Assembly (NCBI GenBank): GCA_009914755.4
Contig: CP086569.2
Coordinates: 18,400,001-18,464,000 of the forward strand
Length of the DNA: 64,000 nucleotides
Source: the human T2T-CHM13v2.0 reference genome, Homo sapiens
Reading direction: 5' to 3'
Position numbers and translations under genes: made by a program. Shown here one piece after another: positions 29,861 through 42,300 of the stretch (the first letter of the stretch is position 1; every line of letters starts with the position of its first letter). The notes under the pieces were generated by a model. It worked only from the letters and a program-made list of their open reading frames with translations, was not told the origin of the DNA and did not search any database.

Positions 29861-32800
29861 TATCCAAGGCATAGTGGGCCAGAGGCACAGACTGGGACTT
29901 TTACCTTCTCACTTCCTCTGTGACGGCCAGGGGTTAAGGGGGCTGCCTCTGAAGGGGTGGAGAGCACAAGGCTGTAGCTAGAAGCTGGCCTCTTGGGAGG
30001 TTTGCTTTATTTTGTTTCCTCTGCCCTATTCCTGTGATGGAAAACTGCAAAAGCCAAGTCTAACAGCTGACCCATGGGAGTCTGGGTCCCTAAGCACTCC
30101 CTAAGGCTGCTTTCAGCGGCTTCCTGCAGATATCAGAAGCAGACTGGGCTATAAAATAAACTCCTAGCAATGTCGCAATGCCTGTCCCTTCTTGGAGTCG
30201 GGCAGTGTTAGTGTATTTCCTCAAGGTCTAAGTTATCCACCCTTGTAATAAAGCTAGGTATTCATCTTCTCCCTGAGCAATTTTCCAGATTTATAAAAAT
30301 TAAAAAGTTACATCATGCATTTTTTTATTCCTTCAAGGAGTCAAATGATCATAATTTTTTCTCTGTATATCCCACTTTCTTCCTAATTGATTTCCCTTTT
30401 CTAGATCCTAATTCTCTTTTGGTTCCTGCTCAGGCACTGTTGTGCCTCCTACTTGATAGTTGCCATGTCTCTGGTTGCAGGCTGCCGCCCTATTAGCATG
30501 TGCTCTAGTCACTCCCATAATACGCTGCTTTTCTATCATGTGTCAGGTAAACATAAATGTATGCAAATCTTGCCTGGTCAGATCATACTTCAAGGTTAGC
30601 CTCTTAAATTTGTCTATGAATTTTCCTGGAACCTCTGAAAGCTGTTTCAGTTTTTCCTTGCATGTGGCTGATTCAGACATAGAAAAGGGTACATATAGCT
30701 ATATAGTGTCCCTATTATCATTTGCCACTTCCCAGAGAGGGCAAAGATTCAACTTTGCCAGCTGATAAGAGACCCCAGGGCATGTTGTTCTGGTGAAGCT
30801 CGGGTGTTTTCAGGTATCTATGTAAGATAGGACTCGAAGGGCAGGGCAAAGATGATGTCTGGACACGAGATTACCCTGGAAAACTAGAAGGAATTAATAA
30901 CATGTTGCACACCTCACCAGAACTGGAAGGAGCCTGACTGCGTTCTTATGGGGTGCTTGGACTGGCAGTGCAGAGTTCAGCCTCAGCTAAGAAAAGCCTG
31001 ATATTAAGAGGCACTTGCATTGAAAAGGTAATCAATTATGTGCCGTCCCTATTTTGTCTTTTCTTCCATCAAACATATACAAGCTGATTTTAATTTTTTA
31101 ATCCTGACCAAGCATCAGAGATGCCTGTGTATAATGTATTTCCTCCCCTTCACTTTCTCTTCTATAAAACAAATTAAGCTGCAAAAGAATGAGTCAGACC
31201 AAACAGGGGAAATGGGAAGGCTGTAACTTGTATATTGAAATGTATTAGTCCGTTTTCACACTGCTATGACAAAACTGACACACTTTCAGGGAAAAAATGA
31301 CATGCTGGGTTTAGAAAGTAGGGTCCAGCTGCCCTATACCAGCTCTTCAAAGATGATCTTATGCTTAAGAAATAAGAGAAAACTCTTAAGCAAACGTCTC
31401 ATGTTCTCCATATTGATGCTAATTGTTTGCAGAGGGTTGTCATAAAAGAGGTTGTCACTAAACAGGCATATCTGATCTTATCATGTAAGACTGTTAAATG
31501 CCACATTTCAACTTCTAGTCATAATGATGGAGAGGTTACTGCTGATCTTTTCTGATAATTAAGGTAAAAAATACTAGGTTCCAAGACACCTCTTTTCTTC
31601 AGTGTCACTTGGACCAGTGGCAAATTAAATAAGCAATCAGCTAAAAGTCAGAGGATTATTGAGGAAAGTAAAAGCTAAACTGTTTTGGTCCTCTTTCATG
31701 GGGCAGCCTACAGACTACTACAAAACAGAGGCAGTGAGCCGAAAGGTGACAAGATGCAGAGCACTCAGGTGAGGGACAGAGAGCACCAGGTGGACAGTCC
31801 AAAAAGAGAAAGTGGCAAACATCTTGTTTAGCCAAGTCCATTCCTCTCAACATACCCCAGAGCCTCTAACCTTGTGAGCTTGGCGTTTAATCTGAGTATG
31901 ACACCCCCAGGTCTCTAACTTTTTGGGCTAAGTCTCTCCCCCTAACATTATGCACTAGGGCCTCTCACTTTAGTAGTAGTGGATAATCATTCTTGCCTGC
32001 CAGAATGGCTTCACGACTCTAAAAGATGGCCTGCTTGCCAGGTGATTGATTCTGTATGGATTGTTTTCCTTGGAGTGGGGGTCTTGTCTTGGTGTCCCTT
32101 CAAGGTGTTGCTGAAAGATGTTGCTGGAAAAGAGGGTCCTGATACTGACCACAAAGTAGGATTCTTAGATCTTGTGTAGGAAAAAATTGAGGTGAATCAG
32201 AGAGCACAGTGAAAGAAGCAAGATTATTATAAGTGACTCCATTGCAGAGTTGGGCATCGTCAGAAAACAAAAGCAGGAATGCATTGTCTTTTATGAGTAT
32301 CTCTACTTATAAGTAAGTATAAAGAGAAACAGTTATTAATAAACTTGGAAGGTGCAGATGTATTCACTAAAGTCAGGAGCTATTGGTTTTAACAATGATC
32401 ATTACCCCATTGACCTAAGCTAGCTCATTAATATTATCTTTAAGGAAAAAATGCTGCACACCTAGGATATTTATACATTTTTCAGGCTTGGTGGAAACTG
32501 TCTTGTATGGCCATAAATACTCTGCAACTGTAATTTGTGGCCAGCTTAAAAATGTGGCTATTTTCAGACCATAAATATTAACCTTCTAGATGCTTTGTGA
32601 GTACCTAGGTACTCATATTAAGATAGAGTATTCCAGTTATGTTTATTAAATTAGAAGCTTGGTAACCATGACTTCCTCTAACAAAGCAAGCCTACTGCTC
32701 AAGGATAAAATTTATTTCTCAGGAATTTTGTGCATTTTGTTTGATGGAATTTGATATATTTACCAAAATGGCAGAAAAGAGTGAAATTAGTCCTCAAAGA

Positions 32801-32904
32801 TTTCTCAGGATTAGATATAAAGTAAACAAAATGATTATAGTTAATATGCAAGTTGATACAATTGATATTCAAAAGAAATTTTGTTAGAAACATGAGATTT
32901 TTAT

Positions 32905-33216
32905 TTATATTTATTTAATTATTGTTATTATTTTGAGACAGAGTCTTTCTCTGTTGCCCAGGCTGGAGTGCAGTGCACCGTCTCGGCTCACTGAAACCTC
33001 CGCCTCTGAGGTTCAAGTGATTCTCCTGCCTCAGCCTCTCAAGTAGCTACAATTACAGACATGCATCACCACACCCAGTTAATTTTTGTATCTTTAGTAG
33101 AGATGGGGTTTGTCTCTGTTGGCCGGGCTGGTCTCAAACACCTGACAGCAAATGATCTGTCCATGTTGGCCTCCCAAATTACTGGGATTACAGGCATGAG
33201 CCACCGCTTCCAGTCA
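32905..33216 (-). mobile_element. Alu (reverse orientation)
   Basis: T-rich tract then 'gagacagagtctttctctgttgcccaggctggagtgcagtgcaccgtctcggctcactgaaacc…ggattacaggcatgagccaccgcttccagtc'. Confidence 0.9.
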
Positions 33217-34510
33217 CAATGAGGTTTTTAAGTAATTCTAACTGATTTCCTGCTGTTGAGCAGGGAGCTGAGCAAATTCAACAGATCGTGAGCCTCAAGT
33301 AGGAGAAGACTGAGGCCAAACTCTGGAACACATGTGATTAATTACGTATAATTGAAACCAAATCAAATTTAATAAGGCTTTTAGTTTCAAGATGTTTCCA
33401 TCATTTTGAAATGTGGTGTTATTCAGTGGAAAAGAAAAATAATGTTTATCTCCAGAGTAAAGAACAGGGTTCCCTGCAGGGATTGATTAACTGAGAGCTA
33501 TGGCTCAGGATTAAAAATTCTTTTTCCCCTTATAAATTAAAAATTAATTTTTAAGCCTCCAGTCACCAAATGGACCCCTCTTCTTGGATAAGGACCTTCC
33601 AAAGTTAACCTGAAAAGCAAGTTCAAGCCATGGGTCACGCATACCTCATTATACTCTCCTCCCCTTGGTTTTAATTTTAATTTTGATTTTTAATTTATTT
33701 TTGTGGGTACACAGTTGGTGTATATATTTATAGGGGTACATGACATACTTTGATACAGGCATGCAGTGAGTAATACATAATAAAAAATGGGCTATCTATC
33801 CCCTTGAGCAATTATAGCTTGTGTTATAAAGAATCCAGTTATACTCTTTTAGTTTTTATAAAATGTATAGTTAAATTATTATTTACTGTAATCACCCAGT
33901 TGTGCTATCAAATACTGCCTTATTCATTCTTTCTAACAATTTTTTGTACCCATTTAGCATCCCCACTATCCTTCTCTTCCCCCACTGCCCTTCCCAGCCT
34001 CAGGTAACCCCCCTTATACTCTCTATCTCTATGACATCAATTGTTTCAAATTTTAGCAGTCACAAATAAGTGAGAACATGTGACATTTGTTTTTCCTGTG
34101 CCTGACTTATTTCACTTAACATAAAGACTTTCAGTTTCGTTTACGTTATTGCAAATGACAGACTCTCATTCTTTCTTATAGCTGAATAGTATTCCATTGT
34201 GTATATGTACCACATTTTCTCTAGCCAGTCATCGTTGATTGACGTTTAGGTGTCTTCCAAATCTTGGCTATTACCAGCATTTGTTTTTGACTGACTTCTG
34301 GATAAAAGCCACCTTACTGGAGTGAAATGATATCTCATTTTTGGTTTGATTTGCATTTCTATAATAATCAGTAATGTGGAGAATCTTTTCATTTGCCTGT
34401 TTGCCATTTGTATGTCTTCTTTTCATAAATGTCTATTTAAATTTTTTGTCCACTCTTTAATTAGGTTACTACATATTTTTCTATAGAATTTTTTTAACTC
34501 AATATAATGT

Positions 34511-35182
34511 AGTGTATTAGTCTGTTTCTGCACTGCTATTAAAAAAAAAACAGAGACTGGATTATTTATTAATCTATTTATTCATTGAGATTAAGTCTTG
34601 CTCCATCACCCAGGCTGGAGTGAAGTGGTGCGATCTCGGCTCACTGCAACCTCCCCTCTGGGGTCCAAGCAATTATCTGCCTCAGCCTCCTGAGGAGCTG
34701 GGATTACAGGCACCAGCCACCATGCCCAGCTATTTTCTTTATTTTTAGTAGAGACTGTGTTTCACCATCTTGGCCAGGCTGGTCTTGAACTCCTGACCCT
34801 GTGATCCACCGACCTCGGCCTCCCAAAGTGCTGGGATTATAGGCGTGAGCTACTGTGCCTGGTGAGATTGGGTAATTTTTAAGGAAATAGGTTTAATTGA
34901 CTCACATGGCTGGGGAGGCCTCAGGAGACTTACAATCATGGCAGACAGGGAAGCAGGCACCTTTACATGACAGCAGGTGAGACAGCCTGTATGCGAAGCA
35001 AAAGGGGAAGAGCCCCTCATAAAACCGTCAGATCTCATGAGAACTCATTATCAGAAGAAGAGCATGGAGGAAACCACTTCCATGATCCAATCACCTTCTC
35101 ACCTTCTACCAGGTCACTCCCTCAACACCTGGAGATTAATTCAATATGAGATTTGGGTGGGGACACAAAGCCTAACCGTATC
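34511..35182 (-). mobile_element. MaLR solo LTR (THE1/MST-like) in reverse orientation inside the L1, itself interrupted by an Alu at 34561-34860
   Basis: Begins 'tgtattagtctgtttctgcactgct…' and after the Alu reads '…ggtaatttttaaggaaataggtttaattgactcacatggctggggaggcctcaggagacttacaatcatggcagacaggg…ccatgatccaatcacc…agatttgggtggggacacaaagcctaaccgtatca'. Confidence 0.8.
34561..34860 (-). mobile_element. Alu (reverse orientation) nested in the MaLR LTR; putative TSD 'gagactgg' / 'gagattgg'
   Basis: '…gagattaagtcttgctccatcacccaggctggagtgaagtggtgcgatctcggctcactgcaacc…cctcccaaagtgctgggattataggcgtgagctactgtgcctgg'. Confidence 0.85.
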
Positions 35183-36193
35183 ATGTGGTTATAAATTGCT
35201 TTTCACATGGGTAATTTACAAATGTTTCCTCCTATTCTGTGGGTTTTCTCTTCACTTCGTTTATTGTTTCCTTCACTTTAAAAAAGCTTTCTGACTTGCT
35301 GTAATTCCATTTGTCCATGTTTGCTTTTGTGGTCTGTGCATATGGGGCACTACTTAAGAAATTTTTGCCCAAACCAATGCTTTAAAGAGTTTCCCCATTT
35401 TTTTGTGTGTGAAACTTTGATAGTTTGAGGTGTTAAGTTTAAATCTTTAATTATTTTAATTTGATTTTTTTATGTGGCAAGAAATATGGTTCTAGTTTCA
35501 TTCTTCTGCCTATGGCTTGCCAGTTTTCCCAGCCCTACTTATTACAGAAACTGTCTTATTTTTTGTTGTATGTTCTTAGCACTTCTGTTGAAAATAAGTT
35601 TAGTTTAGCTGCATGAGTTTGTTTCTAAGTTCTCTATTTCATTCCTTGGGTCTTTATGTTCTATTTTTATTCTAGCATCATGCTGTTTTAATTACTATAG
35701 CTTGATGGTATAATTTAAAACCAGGTAATGGGATTCCTCCATTTTTGTTTTATATACTCAGCATAGCTTTGACTATCATGGTGTTTTGTGGTTCCATATA
35801 CATTGCAGAAGTTTTTTCTATTTCTGTGAGGAATGTCATTGTTATTTAGATAGAGATGGCATGAAATGTATAGATTCCTTTGGATTGTATGGACATTTTT
35901 AAAAATACTGATTCTTCCAACCTGTGAACAAATAAATATCTTTCCATTTTTTGTGTCCTCTTTCATTTCTTTTATCAGTATTCTACAATTTTAATTGTTG
36001 AGAACTTTTATTTCTTTGGTAAATTCGCACACATTTTGTTTTATTTATGGCTGTTGCAAATAGGATTACTCTTCTGAATTCTTTTTCAGTTTGTTGATGG
36101 TTGGCATATAGAAATCCTACTGATTTGTATATGTTGATTTTGTATTCTGCAAATTTACTGAAGTTATCACTTCTAACAGTTTTTTGGTGGATA

Positions 36194-38642
36194 TATTAGG
36201 CCATTCTCACATTGCTATAAAAATAGTTGGTGACTGGTTAATTTATAAAGAAAATAGGTTTAATTGGCTCATGTTTCTAGAGGCTGTACAGAAAGCATAG
36301 CCCTGGCCCCTGCTTCTGGGGATGCCTCTGACAACTGACAAGGTGAAGAAAAAATCCGGTGCTTGCACATCACATGGTAAGTGCAAAGGCAAAGGGAAAG
36401 TGCTACGCACTTGTAGATGACCAGCTCTCATGAAAACTTACTGTTGTGGGAATGGCACCAAAGCAAATGATGCCAAACTCTTCATGGAAATCCTGCCCTC
36501 ATGATTCCATCACCTCCCAACTAGGCCCACTTCCAACGTTGAGGTTTACATTTCAATATAAGATTTTGGTGGGAACACACACCCAAACTATATCATTTTG
36601 CCCCTGGCCATTTCAAATCTCATATCCTTCTCATATTTCAGAATACAATCATGACTTCCCAATAATCCCCAAAGTCTTAACTCATTTCAGACTTAACTCA
36701 AAAGTCAAAAGTCTCATCTAAGACAAAGCTAGTTCCTTCCTCCTATAAGCCTATAAAATAAAAACAAGTTAGGTAATTCGAAGACATAAATTGGGTATAG
36801 ACATTGGGTAAATATTCCTATTCTAAAAGGAAGAAATCAGTTAAAAGAAAGGGGCTGCAGGACCCATGCATGTCTGAAACCCAGAATGGGAGTTATTGAA
36901 TTGTAAGACTCCAAAATAATTATTTTTGACTCTGTGTCCCATTTCCAGGACACACTAATGCTTTGGGAAGTTTCAACCTTGTGTCTTTGCATGGTTTAGC
37001 CCCCATGGCTGCTCTCACGGGCTGTTACTGTGTGCCTCTAGCTTTTCCAGGTGCAAGGTGCAAGCTGTACAGGATCTACCATTCTGGAGTCTGGTGGACA
37101 GTGATCCTCTCCTCACAGATCTACTAGGTCATGCCCCATTAGGGAGCCCACATGGGGACTGTAACCCCACATTTCTTCTCTGCATTGATTTAGTAGAGGT
37201 TCTCCATGAGGGCTCCCCTCTGCAACATGCTTCTGCCTGCACACCTTGGCTTTTTCATACATCCTTTTTGAAATAAAAGTGGAAGCTCCAAATTCTCAAC
37301 TGTTGCATTTTGTACACCCACAGGCCTAACACCACATGAAAGCTAGCAAGGCTTATGGATTGCACCTTCTGAAGCAGTGAGTATAGTTGTAACTGGGCCA
37401 ATTTGAGCTACACCTGGAGCATGAGCAGTGGCCAGGATTCAGGGAGCCATGTTCCAAGGCTACTCAAGGCAGCAGGTGCTGGGTCTGATCTCAGAAACTA
37501 TTGTCTTCTTTTAGGCCCCAGGGTCTGTGATGGGGGGCTGGCTTTTAGAATTCTAAAATGCCTTCAATTCCTCTTTCCCATTGTCTTGGCTATCAACAAT
37601 TGCTTTTTTTTTTTGGGTTGTACAAATATCTCTAACAAGTGGTTGCTCCATAGCCTGCTTGAGTTCCTCTCTTATAAAAGCTATTTATTTTTCTGACACT
37701 TAACTAGACTACAAACTTCTCAAGCTTTTACACTATGCTTCCATCAAAAGTATAAGTTACAAATTTTTGTTTTGTTTTGTTTTTTTGCTCCAACATGTGA
37801 ACACAGGTTGATAGAAGCAGCCAGGACACATCTTGAATGCTTTGCTGCTTAGACATTTTTCCAACAGAAACCCTAAATCATCACTTTCAAATTCAAACTT
37901 CTGTATATCCCTAGGGCATGACAGACATTCAGACAACCATTTTGCTAAGATGACATGCATAACTTTTGCTTCAGACCTAATAAGTTTCTAATTTTCATCT
38001 GAGAACTCCTCAGCTCAGCCTTCACTGTCCAGATCACTATCAGCATTATGGTCACAGCCATACAACCAGGCTCTAAGAAGATCTCAACTTTCCCTAATTA
38101 TTCTGGCTTCTTCTGTGTCCTACAGACTCCTCCAACTTTTGCCTGTTTATCCAATAACAAAGTTAATTCCACATTTTCAAGTATTCTTATAATAATTTTC
38201 CACAATTTGGTGCCAATTTTCTCTATTTATCTATTTTTGCATCACTATAAATACCTGAGACTGGAAAATTTATTTTTAAAAAAGGAGGTTTAAGCGGCTT
38301 GTGTCTCTACAGGCTATAGAGAAGATATAGCACTAGCATACACTTCTGGGAAGGCCTCTGGAACTTTACAGTCATGGCAGAAGTTTAAGCAGAATCTTGC
38401 ATATCACAGGGCAAAAGGCAGGAGCAAAAAACAGAGAGGTGAGTTGTTACACACTTTTAAATAACCAGATCTTATGGGAACTCACTCACTATCATGAGGA
38501 TAGTACCAAATGGGATGGTGCTAGGCCATTTGTGAGTAATCCACCCAGATGGTTAAATCACCTTTCATCAGGCCCACCTCCAACATCGACAATTACATTT
38601 AAATATGAGATTTGGGAGAGGATACATATTAAAACTCTATCA
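36194..38642 (-). mobile_element. Complete MaLR (ERVL-MaLR; MST/MLT1-like) element: 3' LTR 36194-36599, internal region 36600-38217, 5' LTR 38218-38642, all in reverse orientation, inserted into the old L1
   Basis: Two similarly oriented LTRs both end '…agattttggtgggaacacacacccaaactatatca' / '…agatttgggagaggatacatattaaaactctatca' and begin 'ttaggccattctcacattgctataaaaa…' / 'tttgcatcactataaatacctgagactgg…'. They flank about 1.6 kb with no L1 similarity. The L1 resumes exactly at both edges. Confidence 0.7.
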
Positions 38643-39019
38643 GATGAGTCTTTATATTTTTTCAAATATAAAATTATATCATCAGCAAAAAAGATAATTT
38701 GACTTATTTTCCAATTGGGATGGCTTTTATTACTTTCTCTTGTCTGATTGCTCCAGATAGGACTTTCAGAATTATGTTGAATAACCATGGTAAAAATGGA
38801 TATTCTTGTCATCTTCGAGATTTTAGAGGAAAGGCTTTTAGTTTTTTCCCCACCAAGTATGATACTAGCTGTGGGTCTGTCACATATAACTTTTATTATG
38901 TTGAGGTATCATTCCATACCCAGTTTTCAAAGGGCTTTTAATTATTAAGGAATGTTAAATTTTATCAAATGATTTTTAGCATAGTTGAAGTGATTATATG
39001 GGTTTTGTCCCTCATTCTG

Positions 39020-39328
39020 TTTTTTTGTTTTTGTTTTTGTTTTTTTTTTACGCCGTCTCCTTCTTTCACCCAAGCTGGAGTGCAATGGCATGATCTTGGC
39101 TCACGGCAACCTCCACTTTCCAGGTTCAAGTGATTCTCCTGCCTCAGCCTCCTGAGTAGCTGAAATTACGGGTGCCTACCATGGCGCCTGGCTAATTTTT
39201 GCATTTTTTGTAGATATGGGGTTTTGCCATCTTGGCCAGTCTGGTTTTGAACTCCTGACCTCAGGTGATTCACCCACCTCAGCTTCCCAAAGTGCTGGGA
39301 TTACAGGCATGAGCCACTGCACCTGGTC
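39020..39328 (-). mobile_element. Alu (reverse orientation) nested in the old L1; TSD about 'tcattctgt' / 'ttcattgtgt'
   Basis: Poly-T then 'acgccgtctccttctttcacccaagctggagtgcaatggcatgatcttggctcacggcaacc…cccaaagtgctgggattacaggcatgagccactgcacctggtc'. Confidence 0.9.
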
Positions 39329-42300
39329 GCTTCATTGTGTTTATATGATATATCACATTGATTAATTTGCATGTTGCACCATCTTTGCATGTCTGGGATA
39401 AATCCCACTTGCCCATGATGGATTATCTATTATGTAATTATTATTATGTATATTATCTATTATGTAAATATATTATGTAATTATACATAAATATAATTAT
39501 TTATGTATTGTTTAATTCAGGTTTCCAGGTTTTTTGCAAATGTTTGCATCATTATTCTCATATATTGGCCCATAGTTTGCTCTTTTAATGTGTCTTTGTC
39601 TGGTTTTGATATCAGTTTAATACTAGCCTCAAAGAATGAGTTTGAAAATGTTCTTTCCTTCTCTATTTTATGCCTGGTCCTGCAGACTTTTTTATTATGG
39701 CTTTAATTTTGTTATTTATTATTGGTCTGTTCACGTTTTTTATTTTTTCCTAGTTCAATCTTGGTAAGTTGTTTGTGTCCAAGAATTGATTTCCTCTAGG
39801 TTTTCTAATTTGTTGGCATACAATTGCTCACATTAGCCACTAATGATCCTTTGATTTTCTGAAGCGTTACTTGTAATGTCTCTTTATCAACTCTGATTTT
39901 ATTAATTTGGTATCTTCTCAGTTCTTCAGTTAGCCTCTGTAAGTATTTGTCAATTGTTTTACTTTTCAAAAAAGTCAACATTTTGTTTCATTGATTTTTT
40001 GCATTGTTTTCTTCATTTTAACTTTATTTCCACTCTAATCTTTATTATTTCTTTGCTTCTAATTTTGAGTTTGGTTTGGCCTTTTTATTCTATTTAATTA
40101 AGATATATTGTTAGGTTATTTTAAGGTTTTCTAATTTTTATGTATGCACTTATAGTTTTAAATTTTCCTTTTTATTAGTACCTCTTTTACTATATTCTAT
40201 AGGTTTTGCCATGCTATGTTTCCATTATCATTTGTTTCAAGAAATTTTTCTACTTTCTTTTTAACTTTTTTATTGACCTACTGATTATTCAGTGGCATAT
40301 TGTTTAATTTTCAAGTGTTTGTATAGTTTCTGAAATTCTTTTTTTTTTTTTTATCGATTTCTAGTTTTATTCCATTGTGGTCAGAGAAAATCCTTGATAT
40401 TACTTCAATTTTTTGAATGTTTTTAGATACGTTACCTAAGTTATGGTCTACCCTTGAGATCAAACCATGTACTGAGGAGAAGAATGTGTATTCTGTAGCT
40501 GTTGGATGAAATTTTCTGTAAATATCTATTAGGTTAATTTGTACTATAGTGCAGATTAAGTCTGATGTTTCTTTGTTGATTTTCTGTCTGGAAGGTCTAT
40601 CCAATGACTAAAGTTGGGTGTTGAAGTGTCCAGCCATTATTGTATTGTGGTCTCTTTCTTTACATCTCTTATAATATTTGCTTCATTTATATAGGTGCTT
40701 TAGTGTTGGGTGCATATATATTTCCAGTTATTACATCTTCTTGATTAATTGACCCCTTTATTATTATATAATGACCTTCTTAATCTCCTCTTACAGTCTT
40801 TTGTTGAAATCTATTTTTGTCTGGTAAAAGTATAGCTATTTCTGCTTTTTTTGTTTCTATTGGCATGGAATAACTTTTACTATGCTTTTATTTTCAGTCT
40901 AAATGCATCTTTATAGGTAAAGTATTTTTTTTTAGGTCACAGATTATTGTCTTGTGCCTCTATCCATTAATCCATTATTTGTCTTTTGATTGGAGTATTT
41001 GGTTCATTTACATTCAAACTTAGTATTGATAAGCACTTACTCCTGCCATTTTGTTATTTGTTTTCTGATTGATTTTTGTCCTCTCATCCTTCTTTTCTTT
41101 CTTCCAGTCTTCCTTTTAGTGAGGGTGATTTCTCCTGTAATATAATATAATTTCTTCCTTTTTACTTTTTGTACAACTGTGATATGCTTTTTAATTTGAA
41201 ATTATGATTAGGCTTGAAAATAACATCTTATAACACATCGTTTTAGACTGTGAACAATTTAACCCTGATTGCATAAACAAAGAAACAAGCAGAGCAACTA
41301 ACAAAAACTTTACACTTTGATTTCATTGCCATTCTTTTAAACTTTTTGTGGTTTCTCTTCATTCCCGATTTTACTGTCTATATCTTGGAAATATCTTGTA
41401 GTTATTTTTGTAATTGGTTTATTGCTTACTGTTTCTATTTGAGATTTTTGCACAACATAATTACCATGTTATAATATTCTGTGTTTTTCCGTGTGCTATT
41501 ACTAGTGAGTTTTGTACCTTCAGATGATTTCTTATTGCTCATTCACTTTTTTTTTTTCAGGTTAAGAACTCCCTTTAGCATTTCTTGCAGGACATGTCTG
41601 GTGTTAATGAAATCCCTCGGTTTTTGTTTCTCCAGAAAAGTTCTTATTTCTCCATCAAGTTTAAAGGATGTTTTTGCCAGATACATTATTCTAAAGTAAA
41701 AGTCTTTTTTTCTCTTCAGGTTTTTAAAAATGGCATGCCATTCTCTCAGCCTGTAAATTTTCCCCTGAAAGGTCTGCTGTCAGATCTACTGGAGTTCCAC
41801 TGAATGTTATTTGTCTCTCTTCTCTCACTGCTTTTCGATTCATTTCTTTATCCTTAACCTTTGGGAGTTTAGTTAAGTGCCTTGAGGTGGTCTTCTTTGG
41901 GCTATATCTGCTTGATGTTCTGTAACTTTCTTTTACTCAAATGTTGATATCGAATGCTGGGAAATTGTTTAATATTATTTAACACTATTTCTTTAAATAA
42001 ATGTTTAACTCATCTCTTTTCAATCTCCTCTTTAAGGCCAATAACTCTTAGATTTGCTATTTTGAGGCTAATTTTTAGGTTTTGGCAGCATGCTTTATTT
42101 TTTATTCTTTTTTGTCTCCTCTGACTTTATATTTTCAAATAGTCTGACTTCAAGTTCACTAAATCTATCTTCTTCTTGATCAATTGTTTTAAGTAATTCT
42201 TCAGTATGACAACTGCATTTTCATTTCTTTTTTTTTTTTTTTTTGCTTTATTCTTTTTATTTCAATCTCATTGTTAAATTTATCTGATAGAATTTGGAAT

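Noticed and set aside
31240-31290. Start of a reverse-oriented MaLR LTR ('tgtattagtccgttttcacactgctatgacaaaactgac')
   Set aside because: Only about 45 bp match before similarity is lost. It is too short to call as a feature and is mentioned only in the ERV finding as context.
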